Source of the DNA: Escherichia phage VEc74
Sequence record: MT932213.1
Length of the DNA stretch: 64,000 nucleotides
Reading direction: 5' to 3' (one strand)
The notes under the pieces were generated by a model that saw nothing but the letters and a program-made list of their open reading frames with translations, had not been told where the DNA came from and searched no databases. The position numbers were made by a program, and so were the translations under genes. Every line of letters begins with the position of its first letter. The stretch's first letter is position 1. Positions 39,770 to 49,641 of the stretch are shown here, in pieces.

Positions 39770-41583
39770 TGGTGTTTAACCCTATGCATGATTTCTTTAT
39801 TTTTGCCGAGATTAAATCCACGTTCGTTCGGATTTCCCAAATAACCACATGTTCTTCTTATGGTATTCATCTTTTTAGGATCAGTTTCTCCACAAATAGA
39901 ACAAACAAATCCGTTTTCAGTAGGAGTCATTTCATGGGTACTTCCACATGTAAAACATTTATCCACTGGCATATTAACACCAAAATAATCTAAATGTTGT
40001 GCAGCATAATCCCATACGGCCTCAAGACCTTTCAAGTTATTTTTCATATCAGGAAGTTCAACATAAGAAATGTGACCACCTGTCGCAATGAAATGATATG
40101 GCGCTTCACGAGAAATCTTTTCAAACGGAGTAATATTTTCTTCTACTGAAACATGGAAACTGTTAGTGTACCAGCCTTTATCGGTAACATCTTTTACACT
40201 TCCATATTTTTCTGTATCAAGTTTACAGAAGCGATAACAAAGGTTTTCAGCAGGAGTCGAATATAAACTAAAAGCAAATCCGGTTCTTTCAGTCCACTGT
40301 TTAAGATGAGCATTCATTTTAGTTAAAATTTCTCGTCCAATATCACGACCGGCAAGAATATTCAATTCGTGAATACCAATGTATCCTAAAGACACTGAAC
40401 TTCTGCCGTTTTTAAATAACTCAATTATATCGTCATCAGGTTTAAGACGAACCCCGAATGCACCTTCTTGATAAAGAATAGGAGCAACAGTAGCTTTAAC
40501 TCCTTTTAAGGAACTAATTCTACACATCAAAGCTTCAAAACATAAATCCATTCGCTCATTGAACAATTCGATAAATTTCTGTTCATTGAACTGTGTTCCA
40601 ATATAAGAATCTAATGCGATACGAGGAAGATTCAGTGTTACAACACCAAGATTATTACGTCCATCAAGAATTTCATTACCGGTTGAATCTTTCCACACAC
40701 CCAAGAAACTGCGGCAACCCATTGGAGAAACAGGAATAGATGAGCCGGTGATAGCTTTATTGTTCTTAGCTGAAATAATATCAGGATACATTCTTTTGCT
40801 TGCGCACTCTAGAGCAAGCTGCTTAATATCATAGTTCGGATCGTCTTTATAAAGATTAACACCTTCTTCAACAAACATAACAAGCTTAGGGAAAATAGGA
40901 GTTATCCCATCACGACCAAGACCTTTAATACGATTTTTCAGAATTGCTTTCTGAATCATTCGTTCAGTCCAGTCAGTTCCCGTACCAAATGTAATTGTTA
41001 CAAAAGGCGTTTGTCCGTTTGAACTAAAGAGAGTGTTTACTTCATATTCATAAGCTTGAAATGCATCGTATACGTCTTTTTCTGTTTTAGATTGAGCATA
41101 ATTCAACGCATCAGCGATTTGCCATTTTTCTGCATCCTCAATATGTTTTGCATAGGTGCGTTTAACATAAGGAGAAAGTACTTTATCTACATTCGCAAAA
41201 GTCGTTCCGCCGTATTGGTGAGAAGCAACCTGTGCAGTAATTTGTGCCATAATTGCAGTAGCAACACCGATTGATTTAGGAGTTTCAATCTGTGCATTAC
41301 CAAGCTTAAATCCATTCTCAAGCATTCCTTTTAAATCTACTAAACAACAATTAGTAAATGGAAGAGCAGGGGAATAATCAATATCGTGGAAATGGATAAT
41401 TCCGCTTTCATGCGCTTTCATAATAAAAGACGGGACCATATTTTTGGCAATGTGTTTAGACACAATACCAGCCATAAGGTCCCGTTGAGTTGGAAAAACA
41501 CGAGAATCTTTATTAGCATTCTCGTTTAAAAGGTCTTTATTAGTTTTATGAATCAATCCTTCAATTTCTTTTTCAATTGTCAT
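39766..41583 (-). CDS. nrdD: anaerobic ribonucleoside-triphosphate reductase NrdD
   Basis: 605-aa ORF with a C-terminal zinc ribbon and glycyl-radical region; T4 NrdD is 605 aa. Confidence 0.9.
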   Translation of the reverse strand: MTIEKEIEGLIHKTNKDLLNENANKDSRVFPTQRDLMAGIVSKHIAKNMVPSFIMKAHESGIIHFHDIDYSPALPFTNCCLVDLKGMLENGFKLGNAQIETPKSIGVATAIMAQITAQVASHQYGGTTFANVDKVLSPYVKRTYAKHIEDAEKWQIADALNYAQSKTEKDVYDAFQAYEYEVNTLFSSNGQTPFVTITFGTGTDWTERMIQKAILKNRIKGLGRDGITPIFPKLVMFVEEGVNLYKDDPNYDIKQLALECASKRMYPDIISAKNNKAITGSSIPVSPMGCRSFLGVWKDSTGNEILDGRNNLGVVTLNLPRIALDSYIGTQFNEQKFIELFNERMDLCFEALMCRISSLKGVKATVAPILYQEGAFGVRLKPDDDIIELFKNGRSSVSLGYIGIHELNILAGRDIGREILTKMNAHLKQWTERTGFAFSLYSTPAENLCYRFCKLDTEKYGSVKDVTDKGWYTNSFHVSVEENITPFEKISREAPYHFIATGGHISYVELPDMKNNLKGLEAVWDYAAQHLDYFGVNMPVDKCFTCGSTHEMTPTENGFVCSICGETDPKKMNTIRRTCGYLGNPNERGFNLGKNKEIMHRVKHQ

Positions 41584-42053
41584 TTTAAACTCTTTCTAAG
41601 CTGCTTCTTAAATGAAGCTATTAACTGTGTTTTGGTGTCAGATTCATTATATTCAAATCCTCTTTGAAGCATCTCGGCCATCATTTCCTCTTTTCCTAAA
41701 CGAGAAAATTCCTTTGATTTATCTCCAACAAAGTTAGGGTGAATATTATTTTGGGTGTAATCGGATTTTAAATAAGTAAGTAAATTTTCTAACCATTCAA
41801 GATAATCAACACCTTGTCCCTTTAAGCCAGAACGATTAAATTTATGCTTCATTTGACCTTCTGCGGCATTGCAGAGATTACAAAGCAATCCACGCACCTT
41901 TCCTGCTTTTGGTCCATTTAATTCATGGTCATGGTCAAGATGATTAGCTTGAACATCAGGATTTAGTTCTCGTTGGCAAATTAAGCATTTACCGTTTTGT
42001 GCATCATAAAATTTCTGTTTTTCTTCTTTATATAATTTGCCAGTCAATAACAT
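41580..42053 (-). CDS. 49: endonuclease VII gp49 (Holliday junction resolvase)
   Basis: 157-aa ORF with an N-terminal CxxC zinc site and HNH-like core (DHDHE). Confidence 0.85.
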   Translation of the reverse strand: MLLTGKLYKEEKQKFYDAQNGKCLICQRELNPDVQANHLDHDHELNGPKAGKVRGLLCNLCNAAEGQMKHKFNRSGLKGQGVDYLEWLENLLTYLKSDYTQNNIHPNFVGDKSKEFSRLGKEEMMAEMLQRGFEYNESDTKTQLIASFKKQLRKSLK

Positions 42054-42094
42054 AATAAACCCTTACCTTAAATAGATAAGGGTATTTATTATTT

Positions 42095-42580
42095 TTAAGT
42101 ATTGTAAAACATTTGATGCAATCGCTTATATTGCCGAATCATTTGGTCAGAAAAAGAAATTTGAGTTTCAAGCCATTCAATGTACTCTGCGGCAGCTTGC
42201 ATTAAATTTCCTTCATAACCATCGTTATTTTCTTGTGCAGCTAATTTAGCTAATGCGTATGAAATATGTTCACCTTGAAAATCGGCTTTAGGCTTCTGAA
42301 CAACTTGATTAGTTCGCTCTACAACTTCTTCAATTTCGCCATTTTCGACTGATTCAGTATTCCACAAACACCAATACGTAATTGGTTTATCGTAGATGTT
42401 AATAATCTTTCCATCAGAAAGTTCAATTTCAATAATTCCAGTATCAGGCTCTATATCATCTTCACATTCTTTTGCAAGTTCACGAACTTTAAAGACAGTA
42501 CCTGCGCTAAGTTCCGGCCAGTAATTACATAGCCCTGTATCAGCACGATTAATTCTAAACCACTTATCTACTGTAATCAT
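42095..42580 (-). CDS. pin: Pin (inhibitor of host Lon protease)
   Basis: 161-aa ORF from the ATG, at the expected position after gene 49. Confidence 0.5.
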   Translation of the reverse strand: MITVDKWFRINRADTGLCNYWPELSAGTVFKVRELAKECEDDIEPDTGIIEIELSDGKIINIYDKPITYWCLWNTESVENGEIEEVVERTNQVVQKPKADFQGEHISYALAKLAAQENNDGYEGNLMQAAAEYIEWLETQISFSDQMIRQYKRLHQMFYNT

Positions 42581-42703
42581 GTCCCATCTCCATATCAATT
42601 AAGTCATTTATCGTTGGTTCATTATATACTGTTTCTTCATCAGTGTAAACCGGTTCTTCCGGCTCTGGCTCTACAGTTTCCCATCTAGCCGCCCACCAAG
42701 GTT

Positions 42704-42889
42704 TTATAGCGTAATCCATTCTCGTACTGTCTGAGTTACTACACGTTCTCGAAGCTCAACCAGTTCAACGGTAGGAACTGCATAATACCAGTCAGAATGA
42801 TAAGAACCTGAGCGAGATTCATTTACAGCCACATGTACATTATGTTTTGGACTAAAAATAAACACACTGACGATATTGGCATTTACCAT
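42704..42889 (-). CDS. hypothetical protein
   Basis: 61-aa ORF. Confidence 0.4.
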   Translation of the reverse strand: MVNANIVSVFIFSPKHNVHVAVNESRSGSYHSDWYYAVPTVELVELRERVVTQTVREWITL

Positions 42890-43036
42890 CTTGCACCCAG
42901 TCTTCTATTTCGATAGGTTTAAGATAATCGGAAAAATCGAAATCATAGTTTTCTGAAAATGCATCGTGGTCTTCGATGATTTCGCTCAGAACTGCATCAA
43001 CATCTAATTTATTTTCAATAGTCATTTTTTCACCAA

Positions 43037-43246
43037 TTAATTTCGCAATTTATTAAGTTCTTCATAATCAATCCAGGATTCTAATCCTGATGGCAAATCA
43101 GATTCAATTTCCCAAAGAAGTTCTTCAATTTTATGAAGACGATCTAATTCTTCAGCTGGAATAGTAACCATTGATGGAGTTCTTGATACACTAATATCGT
43201 AAATCATATTTACCCCAGTTTGACCATACAATCGCCGTATTTCCAC
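43037..43246 (-). CDS. hypothetical protein
   Basis: 69-aa ORF. Confidence 0.4.
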   Translation of the reverse strand: MEIRRLYGQTGVNMIYDISVSRTPSMVTIPAEELDRLHKIEELLWEIESDLPSGLESWIDYEELNKLRN

Positions 43247-43425
43247 TTAGAAATAGACTTTTCGCCGTTAGAATAATAAACTTCGAGTTTAGCACGATTA
43301 TTTTTAATTTGAATAACCTTGGCTGTCATCAAAGTTCCATACCCATAGTAAACTGCAACTTCATCACCTACATATACCGCGCTTCCGCGATAATCATGGA
43401 TATAATCAGTTCCTTCGAGCATCAT
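43210..43425 (-). CDS. hypothetical protein
   Basis: 71-aa ORF. Confidence 0.4.
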   Translation of the reverse strand: MMLEGTDYIHDYRGSAVYVGDEVAVYYGYGTLMTAKVIQIKNNRAKLEVYYSNGEKSISKWKYGDCMVKLG

Positions 43426-43685
43426 TTAAAGTATTCCCGCAATTGGTCAAATCCACCAATATGACTTCCATCAGGAGCAAATACCTGGGGCATTGTCAAG
43501 CCGATTTGAGTATCACGACCTAGTTTAGTCAGAAGCTCAGCGATTTTCTCATCATCAAAAACACCTTTTTCCGGCATAATGTTGATAAATTCAAACGGCT
43601 GTTTCTTCACGGTCAAAAGACGTTTTGCATTATCGCAATACACACATTTATGAATGTTGCTATCATAACCATATACTTTAAACAT
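43422..43685 (-). CDS. nrdC: glutaredoxin/thioredoxin NrdC
   Basis: 87-aa ORF with a CVYC active site; T4 NrdC is 87 aa. Confidence 0.8.
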   Translation of the reverse strand: MFKVYGYDSNIHKCVYCDNAKRLLTVKKQPFEFINIMPEKGVFDDEKIAELLTKLGRDTQIGLTMPQVFAPDGSHIGGFDQLREYFK

Positions 43686-43686
43686 A

Positions 43687-43929
43687 TTATTCCTTAATTC
43701 CTAGTACTTGTTTAAAAGTCTCGTCGTAATCAAGACTTTGGCCCGTTTGTTCTTTATGTTTGTATATAATATCACTTACTTCTGATAGCATATTTTTATA
43801 TGAACGAGTTAAAGCAGATTTAAGCACGCTGTATCTATCAGGAAATTTACCATGTTCATTATAATAAGCTATTGCTAATTCACGGACTGCCTTTTCAGCA
43901 GTCTCCATATATTCTTTACGCTTGGTCAT
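43687..43929 (-). CDS. hypothetical protein
   Basis: ORF from the internal ATG (MTKRKEY); the tracked extension overlaps the upstream gene. Confidence 0.4.
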
Positions 43930-44230
43930 TTTCTTCTCGGTCAAATCGGTGTTTACAATGGCGACATTTATAACGAAGATTATTAGTCTGCCAATGGACC
44001 AATTGCACCTGTTCAGTTCCACATTCAGGGCAATTAGGAACGTTTTTAGAAGCGCGTTCGCGGCGTTCAACCATGACCATTACAGAATCCCAATTAATAG
44101 GGCTGCTATAATCATCACAACCATGAATCTTTCCACGCATTTCCAAATCGTCTTCTTCACCAGCCATAATAATTTTAATTAGACTAGAATTACTTGAAGC
44201 TGCAATGTCTTCTAATAGACGCTTTTTCAT
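43916..44230 (-). CDS. zinc-ribbon protein
   Basis: 104-aa ORF with CPEC...CRHC. Confidence 0.45.
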
Positions 44231-45153
44231 TTCAATACCTCAATAGCATTACGTAAACCATTTGCTTTTGCATTAAGAGCTTTTAACAATTTGGTGTGTT
44301 CTGCAATTTGGGCTTCAACTTCAATCAAACGAGCATTGAGATATTCGCGTTCTTCTTTCATAGTATCATTCCCATGATTGGATTTTGGCGTAGGTTTAAA
44401 TTCACTAGGGTCCTTTAATTTAATAACAAATTTAGTTTCAAACAGTGAAAGACCATAATTCGTATTATCATCAAAGGATTTGACTACATCCATATCAGAT
44501 AATAACACGCGCAAATTATAAGCCAAAGAACTAATAGTTTCGTTATGTTTATTAGCTTCGCGTGGTTTCATATATGGAAGATTTTTATATATCTCGTGCG
44601 GAGCACAAATGATAATTGACAATTCAAATTGTCCATTTTGGGATGATGGAGTGAATTTAGCCGTAACCCAGTCTTTTACATTCACATTAATAGTACGGTT
44701 ATCACCATGACAAAACAGTCTACGAGAATGCTTAAAAAGCATATTCACGTTATTATTGAATTCGTGTGAAAATTCACTAGCAAATTTTTCTTTACTATCT
44801 TTAGAAAACCATTCTTCTAAATAAGTTCTTTTCACGTCGTTAATAATATTAAATGTAACAACACTAGCATTTGATACATTAGTCTCAATGTAGTTTGGAT
44901 ACATAAATTTTTTAACATTATTAACAGCTATCACAGAAGATAGTAATCGGGAACGTTTGAACCACTCGAGCAAAGAACCAAGAGAATGTGAATACGCATT
45001 TTGTGTATCTTTACAAATATGGTTTTCCCATCCAATATAGTCTAAAAAATCACGAAGAATATTATTGATTACTGCTCTGTGTCCGATCTGATAATTACGG
45101 TGTTTAGTAATAAGACTGTCAAAATAATCAATATAATGTTTACGAGTTTTCAT
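44227..45153 (-). CDS. hypothetical protein, member A of a four-gene tandem paralog family (C-terminal coiled coil)
   Basis: 308-aa ORF; shares central and C-terminal heptad-like motifs with the next three ORFs. Confidence 0.55.
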   Translation of the reverse strand: MKTRKHYIDYFDSLITKHRNYQIGHRAVINNILRDFLDYIGWENHICKDTQNAYSHSLGSLLEWFKRSRLLSSVIAVNNVKKFMYPNYIETNVSNASVVTFNIINDVKRTYLEEWFSKDSKEKFASEFSHEFNNNVNMLFKHSRRLFCHGDNRTINVNVKDWVTAKFTPSSQNGQFELSIIICAPHEIYKNLPYMKPREANKHNETISSLAYNLRVLLSDMDVVKSFDDNTNYGLSLFETKFVIKLKDPSEFKPTPKSNHGNDTMKEEREYLNARLIEVEAQIAEHTKLLKALNAKANGLRNAIEVLK

Positions 45154-45207
45154 GTTCTTCTCACTTGGTTAATGGTTTATACTCCGAGCCATCCTTGGCT
45201 TTAAATT

Positions 45208-46209
45208 TTACTTAATTAACTGTAAAGCTTGTTCAAGACGATCCAGGCGATTAACAGATTCTTCCCAAATCCTTTTAGCCTGCTCATATTCTTTCTGCGC
45301 TTTGTTAGAAATTTCTAGAACTTCTTTATAAGCTTTTTCTAGTGCAATAACTTCTGGACGAATTTCTACCGGTTCAGGTGAATCATCAAGATTATCCATT
45401 AGTTCCTCAAGGGTAGTTTCTTCTTTAGGAGTATTCACAATTTCATCACATTTTTGTTGGTAAATTTCTTTATCAGTAGGTGAATAAGCACATTTCACTT
45501 CACGAAGACTAATTACAATTTTATATCCTTCCCAGCCGCACATATTCTTAAAAGGATATGTATGAATATTTTCTACTGTTTCCATACAAAGTAATGCGGT
45601 CTCTAATTGACGAGTTATAGTGCTAGCAATTGAGAAAAATTTATTAATATTCTTTTGGTTAGCTTCTGGTGTAAAAAATCCATAATTCACAAAAATAGAT
45701 ACTTTATTTTTATCAAGTTCATATTCTTTTATGATAATCATATCAGAAGCCAAAGGATGAATTTGACGATAATCGCCATAACATAATTTAGAAGCTGATT
45801 TTAGAATTTGCTTCTTAAAAAGTCTGAAATTACTAATCCAACGACGAGTAAAAATATTCTCAGGGTCTTCTTTGACATTAAGATGATAAGAATTAACATC
45901 ACCGAACCAATTATATCCTACTACATCTTTGGTTCGTTTAATTTCTTTCCCAAAATTACCAAGAATATCCCGATTAACCAAATATGAAAGAAGACGAGAC
46001 TCTTTAAAGGTTTTCTTGATAACATCTTTATCTACACGGCTAGAAATTTTACGAATTTCATGAATAAATTTAGTAGAAGAAACAATACTTGCATCAACAC
46101 TATTGAGCCACTGATTGATAATAGAAATAACGCTATTTTGGCCAAACATCGGTATAGCTTTACCATCAATAACGCTATTGAATGATTTGATATATTCGTT
46201 ACGAGTCAT
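45208..46209 (-). CDS. hypothetical protein, paralog family member B
   Basis: 333-aa ORF from the ATG (MTRNEY); the tracked TTG extension lies inside the promoter. Confidence 0.55.
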   Translation of the reverse strand: MTRNEYIKSFNSVIDGKAIPMFGQNSVISIINQWLNSVDASIVSSTKFIHEIRKISSRVDKDVIKKTFKESRLLSYLVNRDILGNFGKEIKRTKDVVGYNWFGDVNSYHLNVKEDPENIFTRRWISNFRLFKKQILKSASKLCYGDYRQIHPLASDMIIIKEYELDKNKVSIFVNYGFFTPEANQKNINKFFSIASTITRQLETALLCMETVENIHTYPFKNMCGWEGYKIVISLREVKCAYSPTDKEIYQQKCDEIVNTPKEETTLEELMDNLDDSPEPVEIRPEVIALEKAYKEVLEISNKAQKEYEQAKRIWEESVNRLDRLEQALQLIK

Positions 46210-46237
46210 AATAATCTCCTCAGTAGAAAGTAAGAAC

Positions 46238-46267
46238 ATTATACCACATCCTTGTGGCAAAGTAAAC
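46238..46267 (-). promoter_or_regulatory. T4-type early promoter
   Basis: GTTTAC, 17 bp, TGGTATAAT; near-identical to the promoter at 2418-2447. Confidence 0.6.
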
Positions 46268-47286
46268 TAGTTCAGTGCATTTAGTGCATTGTTCAGTTTA
46301 GAACGTTGCTTTGTCAGATTTTGAACCCTTGACTGAGCTTGTTCTAACGCCTTTTCAGCTTCTAACACTTCATTGGTCGCTTTAACGAGTTCATCATCTA
46401 CTGCCTTAAGGGACTTCTCAATCGCATCCGCGTGCCATTTTTCAACAGGTTTAAGACTCGGATTTTCAATAGGAAGAAAATTCACTTTATTGAATTTCCA
46501 TGCATCTTTATTACCTGAACTATACATCCAAAATTTAGGATCATTTGACGAGTAATTAGATAAATTTAAGTTATCTTGCACTTCCTGCTTTTTCTCTTGC
46601 GGGACTTCGTCCTTTCTCAAAAAATCGTATTTAAATGAAACGATCATATCAAGTTCATATGATGTTGTATCTAACTTAAATCGTTCAAAACGAGGTAAAA
46701 TCTTAGATTGAACAGCAGCAACAACATCCATATACTTAAATGCTTCTGTCAACTGTGATTTAAGGCATTCACAAATTGAAAGAGAATTTTTTGTATTAGG
46801 TTTAAAGCTAATTCGTGCAGTTCTATTATTTTCTTTTAACGGTCTTACTTCCATCTGAAGAGTATAACCATCAAATTTCAGATTCTTTAAGTTAATATCA
46901 GAGCCTTTTAATCGACTAGCAGTAGACAAAATTTGCTTTAATTGTCTACGGAACAGAGCAATAAATCTCCATTCAATACGATAATGATTTGGATTGAAAA
47001 ATCCAGATGATAAATCGACCTTACTTTGACCAACGCCTTGAACAAATAGAGGATTTTTATAATCAATAGTTTTACAGAAATCGGTGAGCTGCTCACGAGC
47101 AGTCATTTGTGTAATATACCCCGCTTTATTAAAATGACGTAACCATTCACTGCTATTCATATATTTAAAGTGAATATCACGATTAACTTTATCAGGGTCT
47201 AAATTATTTTGGCACAAAAATGTCATAACATCACGAGTATAGCTGGCATTACGAACCATATCTTCAATTTGAGAACGAGTTTTCAT
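46267..47286 (-). CDS. hypothetical protein, paralog family member C
   Basis: 339-aa ORF. Confidence 0.55.
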   Translation of the reverse strand: MKTRSQIEDMVRNASYTRDVMTFLCQNNLDPDKVNRDIHFKYMNSSEWLRHFNKAGYITQMTAREQLTDFCKTIDYKNPLFVQGVGQSKVDLSSGFFNPNHYRIEWRFIALFRRQLKQILSTASRLKGSDINLKNLKFDGYTLQMEVRPLKENNRTARISFKPNTKNSLSICECLKSQLTEAFKYMDVVAAVQSKILPRFERFKLDTTSYELDMIVSFKYDFLRKDEVPQEKKQEVQDNLNLSNYSSNDPKFWMYSSGNKDAWKFNKVNFLPIENPSLKPVEKWHADAIEKSLKAVDDELVKATNEVLEAEKALEQAQSRVQNLTKQRSKLNNALNALN

Positions 47287-47294
47287 GGTGTTCC

Positions 47295-48209
47295 TTAAGA
47301 TTTAAGTAAATCAACAATTTTAATTAACTTTTCACGCTCAGATTTAGCTTTACTACTCAATCCGGATAGTCTGAAAATTTCATCGTCATATTGTTGAATA
47401 GAAATATTCAGCTCTTCAATTTGCTTATTAAAATAATCAATTTGTTCAGAATGTTTTTCGTTACTACGAACTGGTACAGGTTTTGTAGGCAATTTAGTTA
47501 AACTGGATTCATCCGGGCGATAAATTAAAATGCAATTTGAACCAATAGGGCATTTTGCACCAGATGAATATTCTAATGTTCCGGCTTCTTTTAAAACTTC
47601 AAAAGCTAAACAGAGATGATGCCCCATATTGACATAATCTGTAGAGTGAGCGCTGACGTAATAATCATCTCCACGAGTACTAAATTTAAAGCATTTAAGG
47701 TCTTCTGTATTATTAGTTTTAAAAATCATTTGTTTATCTAGACCTTTAGCCAATCGAGCGCCTAATGCTAATAATCGTCGTTGATTTTCCCACAAATCCG
47801 CAATCATTTGGTCGAATGATAATTTCGGCATTAGTCGACCATAAAGGTCGTATCCTTTATTATAATTGCGAAGGATTTCACTCGCATTAATACGAGACAA
47901 TGCTCCAATTTTATTAAGGGCTTTCATAATGCGATTAGATAAACTCATTCCAGACCCGTTTGTTCGCTGTAAATGTTTTTCTAATCCAAATCCAATATCA
48001 ACTTTAAATTTATCTAAAATTTCAGCATGAACATCTCTGTCAATAACATTCAAATCCAAAGTTGGGTTAAATCTATGAAAAAATTTATCTGGCTCTCCAC
48101 GACGAAATACAGTCCATTCATTCATCATTTTTTTATTAACTAAAGATTTAATTACTGCATTGACATTATTAATTACTACTGACATATTTTCCTCACTCAA
48201 TTTTACCAA
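47295..48209 (-). CDS. hypothetical protein, paralog family member D
   Basis: 304-aa ORF. Confidence 0.55.
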   Translation of the reverse strand: MVKLSEENMSVVINNVNAVIKSLVNKKMMNEWTVFRRGEPDKFFHRFNPTLDLNVIDRDVHAEILDKFKVDIGFGLEKHLQRTNGSGMSLSNRIMKALNKIGALSRINASEILRNYNKGYDLYGRLMPKLSFDQMIADLWENQRRLLALGARLAKGLDKQMIFKTNNTEDLKCFKFSTRGDDYYVSAHSTDYVNMGHHLCLAFEVLKEAGTLEYSSGAKCPIGSNCILIYRPDESSLTKLPTKPVPVRSNEKHSEQIDYFNKQIEELNISIQQYDDEIFRLSGLSSKAKSEREKLIKIVDLLKS

Positions 48210-48594
48210 TTACGCGGAATAAGATTGAACAGACTATATAAGTACCACATATAGATTGAACTAATGCCATTCCAAAGAACCAAACAATATTATCAAACCA
48301 TGTCTGTTTTACGTCGAAAGGACGTAAACTTACAGTAATATTATCACCTTTTTCTATTGATGAATACATCTCTGGGGAAATATATTCGCTAAATCTATAA
48401 CCGTCTTTGAGTTCATATACAGCAATAAACGATAAACTAGACCCCTTTCCTTGAGTTCCTGTAAGGGTATTAACTACAGTAACATCATAATCTTTATAAT
48501 GCATATAATCATTAATAGCATAATAACCATATGCAACTACTACACATAAACAGCATATCAATAAATTCAATCTTTTAATTATCAACTGTTTCAT
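48193..48594 (-). CDS. membrane protein
   Basis: 133-aa ORF with N- and C-terminal hydrophobic segments. Confidence 0.5.
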   Translation of the reverse strand: MKQLIIKRLNLLICCLCVVVAYGYYAINDYMHYKDYDVTVVNTLTGTQGKGSSLSFIAVYELKDGYRFSEYISPEMYSSIEKGDNITVSLRPFDVKQTWFDNIVWFFGMALVQSICGTYIVCSILFRVIGKIE

Positions 48595-48623
48595 AATAAT
48601 CTCAATTAAAAGGGCTTAGAACC

Positions 48624-48648
48624 ATTATACCATCCTTAGTATAAAGCG
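48624..48648 (-). promoter_or_regulatory. middle-promoter candidate (CGCTTTA box, TGGTATAAT)
   Basis: box, 12-bp spacer, and extended -10 upstream of the 48594 start. Confidence 0.3.
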
Positions 48649-48649
48649 G

Positions 48650-49177
48650 TTATGCGAGTACCGTCTTTAACCGTTCTTCAAACTTCCGAAGAGTATTCTG
48701 GCGTTCAGCTCTTTGCTTTTTGTAAGTTTCGATACGCTCTGAAATGAGAGTGTATCGTTCATTTACTGATTCTTTCATAAAATCAGGAATTTCACGAGAA
48801 GCTTTAATCTCGTCAAATTTATCAATAACAGCTTGCTCTTCAGCAATTAAGTTATCATACATCAAAATATCTTTCTTGATGAACTCAATATCTTCTTGAG
48901 TTACACGAGATAATTTAGATGCTTTATCCTTTTTGTACTGTTCGTTAGTATCACGAGACCAGTGTAATGTACGATTTTTATTCGTATTTTTGTAAATTTC
49001 TACAATACCAATCTCATCAATAATAACGATCCAATTCCAACGTGATTTGTAAATTTGTCCTCCATCAACAGTGATTTCACCTCCGATTGAGATGTCATTA
49101 AAGAACTTGCTTTGTGCTTCAGATTTAAATTTACCATCGTTGTAATTTACCAGGTTGAAAATATCTTTAGCGTTCAT
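48650..49177 (-). CDS. hypothetical protein
   Basis: 175-aa ORF. Confidence 0.5.
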   Translation of the reverse strand: MNAKDIFNLVNYNDGKFKSEAQSKFFNDISIGGEITVDGGQIYKSRWNWIVIIDEIGIVEIYKNTNKNRTLHWSRDTNEQYKKDKASKLSRVTQEDIEFIKKDILMYDNLIAEEQAVIDKFDEIKASREIPDFMKESVNERYTLISERIETYKKQRAERQNTLRKFEERLKTVLA

Positions 49178-49205
49178 TTTGTGTTCCTCCGTAGTTGATA
49201 GTTGT

Positions 49206-49235
49206 ATAGTACCACAGAGGAACAGTCTTGTAAAC
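49206..49235 (-). promoter_or_regulatory. T4-type early promoter
   Basis: GTTTAC, 17 bp, TGGTACTAT. Confidence 0.55.
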
Positions 49236-49237
49236 CA

Positions 49238-49552
49238 CTAAAAGAAACTTCTTTCACAATTTTTTCCACTGAACCACGCGCTCACTGCTTTCTTAGTCTC
49301 AGGAGCAGTGTTATCCATAAACCATTCAAAGGCAGCCTTTTTATGATTCTGGAGGGCTTCTCGGGCTTTAATCTGTTCACGGTCTATTAACACTAACATA
49401 TGAGCCTTTCTTGTCACCATGGGCTTCTTATGATTTTTTGAATATTCCCAATCATTTGTCCATCGCATCGTTGTTGCGAATTGAAGTACAGCTTCTTTAA
49501 TCTTAGTTTCGTAAATTTCACGAGCCTTTGAGTATAACATCACTACCTCCAT
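49238..49552 (-). CDS. hypothetical protein
   Basis: 104-aa ORF. Confidence 0.45.
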   Translation of the reverse strand: MEVVMLYSKAREIYETKIKEAVLQFATTMRWTNDWEYSKNHKKPMVTRKAHMLVLIDREQIKAREALQNHKKAAFEWFMDNTAPETKKAVSAWFSGKNCERSFF

Positions 49553-49641
49553 TTACCAGTTTAATTCTAGTCATCTTTTTAATGGCAGTCCATATAATCT
49601 ATTTCTGAACTGCCTTTTTGTCTTAGAAGGCCTCTTATGAA

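Noticed and set aside
42564-42719. 51-aa ORF overlapping the pin start
   Set aside because: Hand-translation gives an open frame, but it overlaps two tracked ORFs, has no clear RBS and is too uncertain to report as a gene.
46210-46260. N-terminal extensions of tracked ORFs that begin with non-ATG codons (also 24149-24160, 50611-50622, 6071-6082, 42581-42598)
   Set aside because: The extensions start at TTG or GTG and run into promoter or leader sequence; a downstream ATG with a plausible RBS is the more likely start. The shared TTG-GAG-AAT leader is reported as a finding instead.
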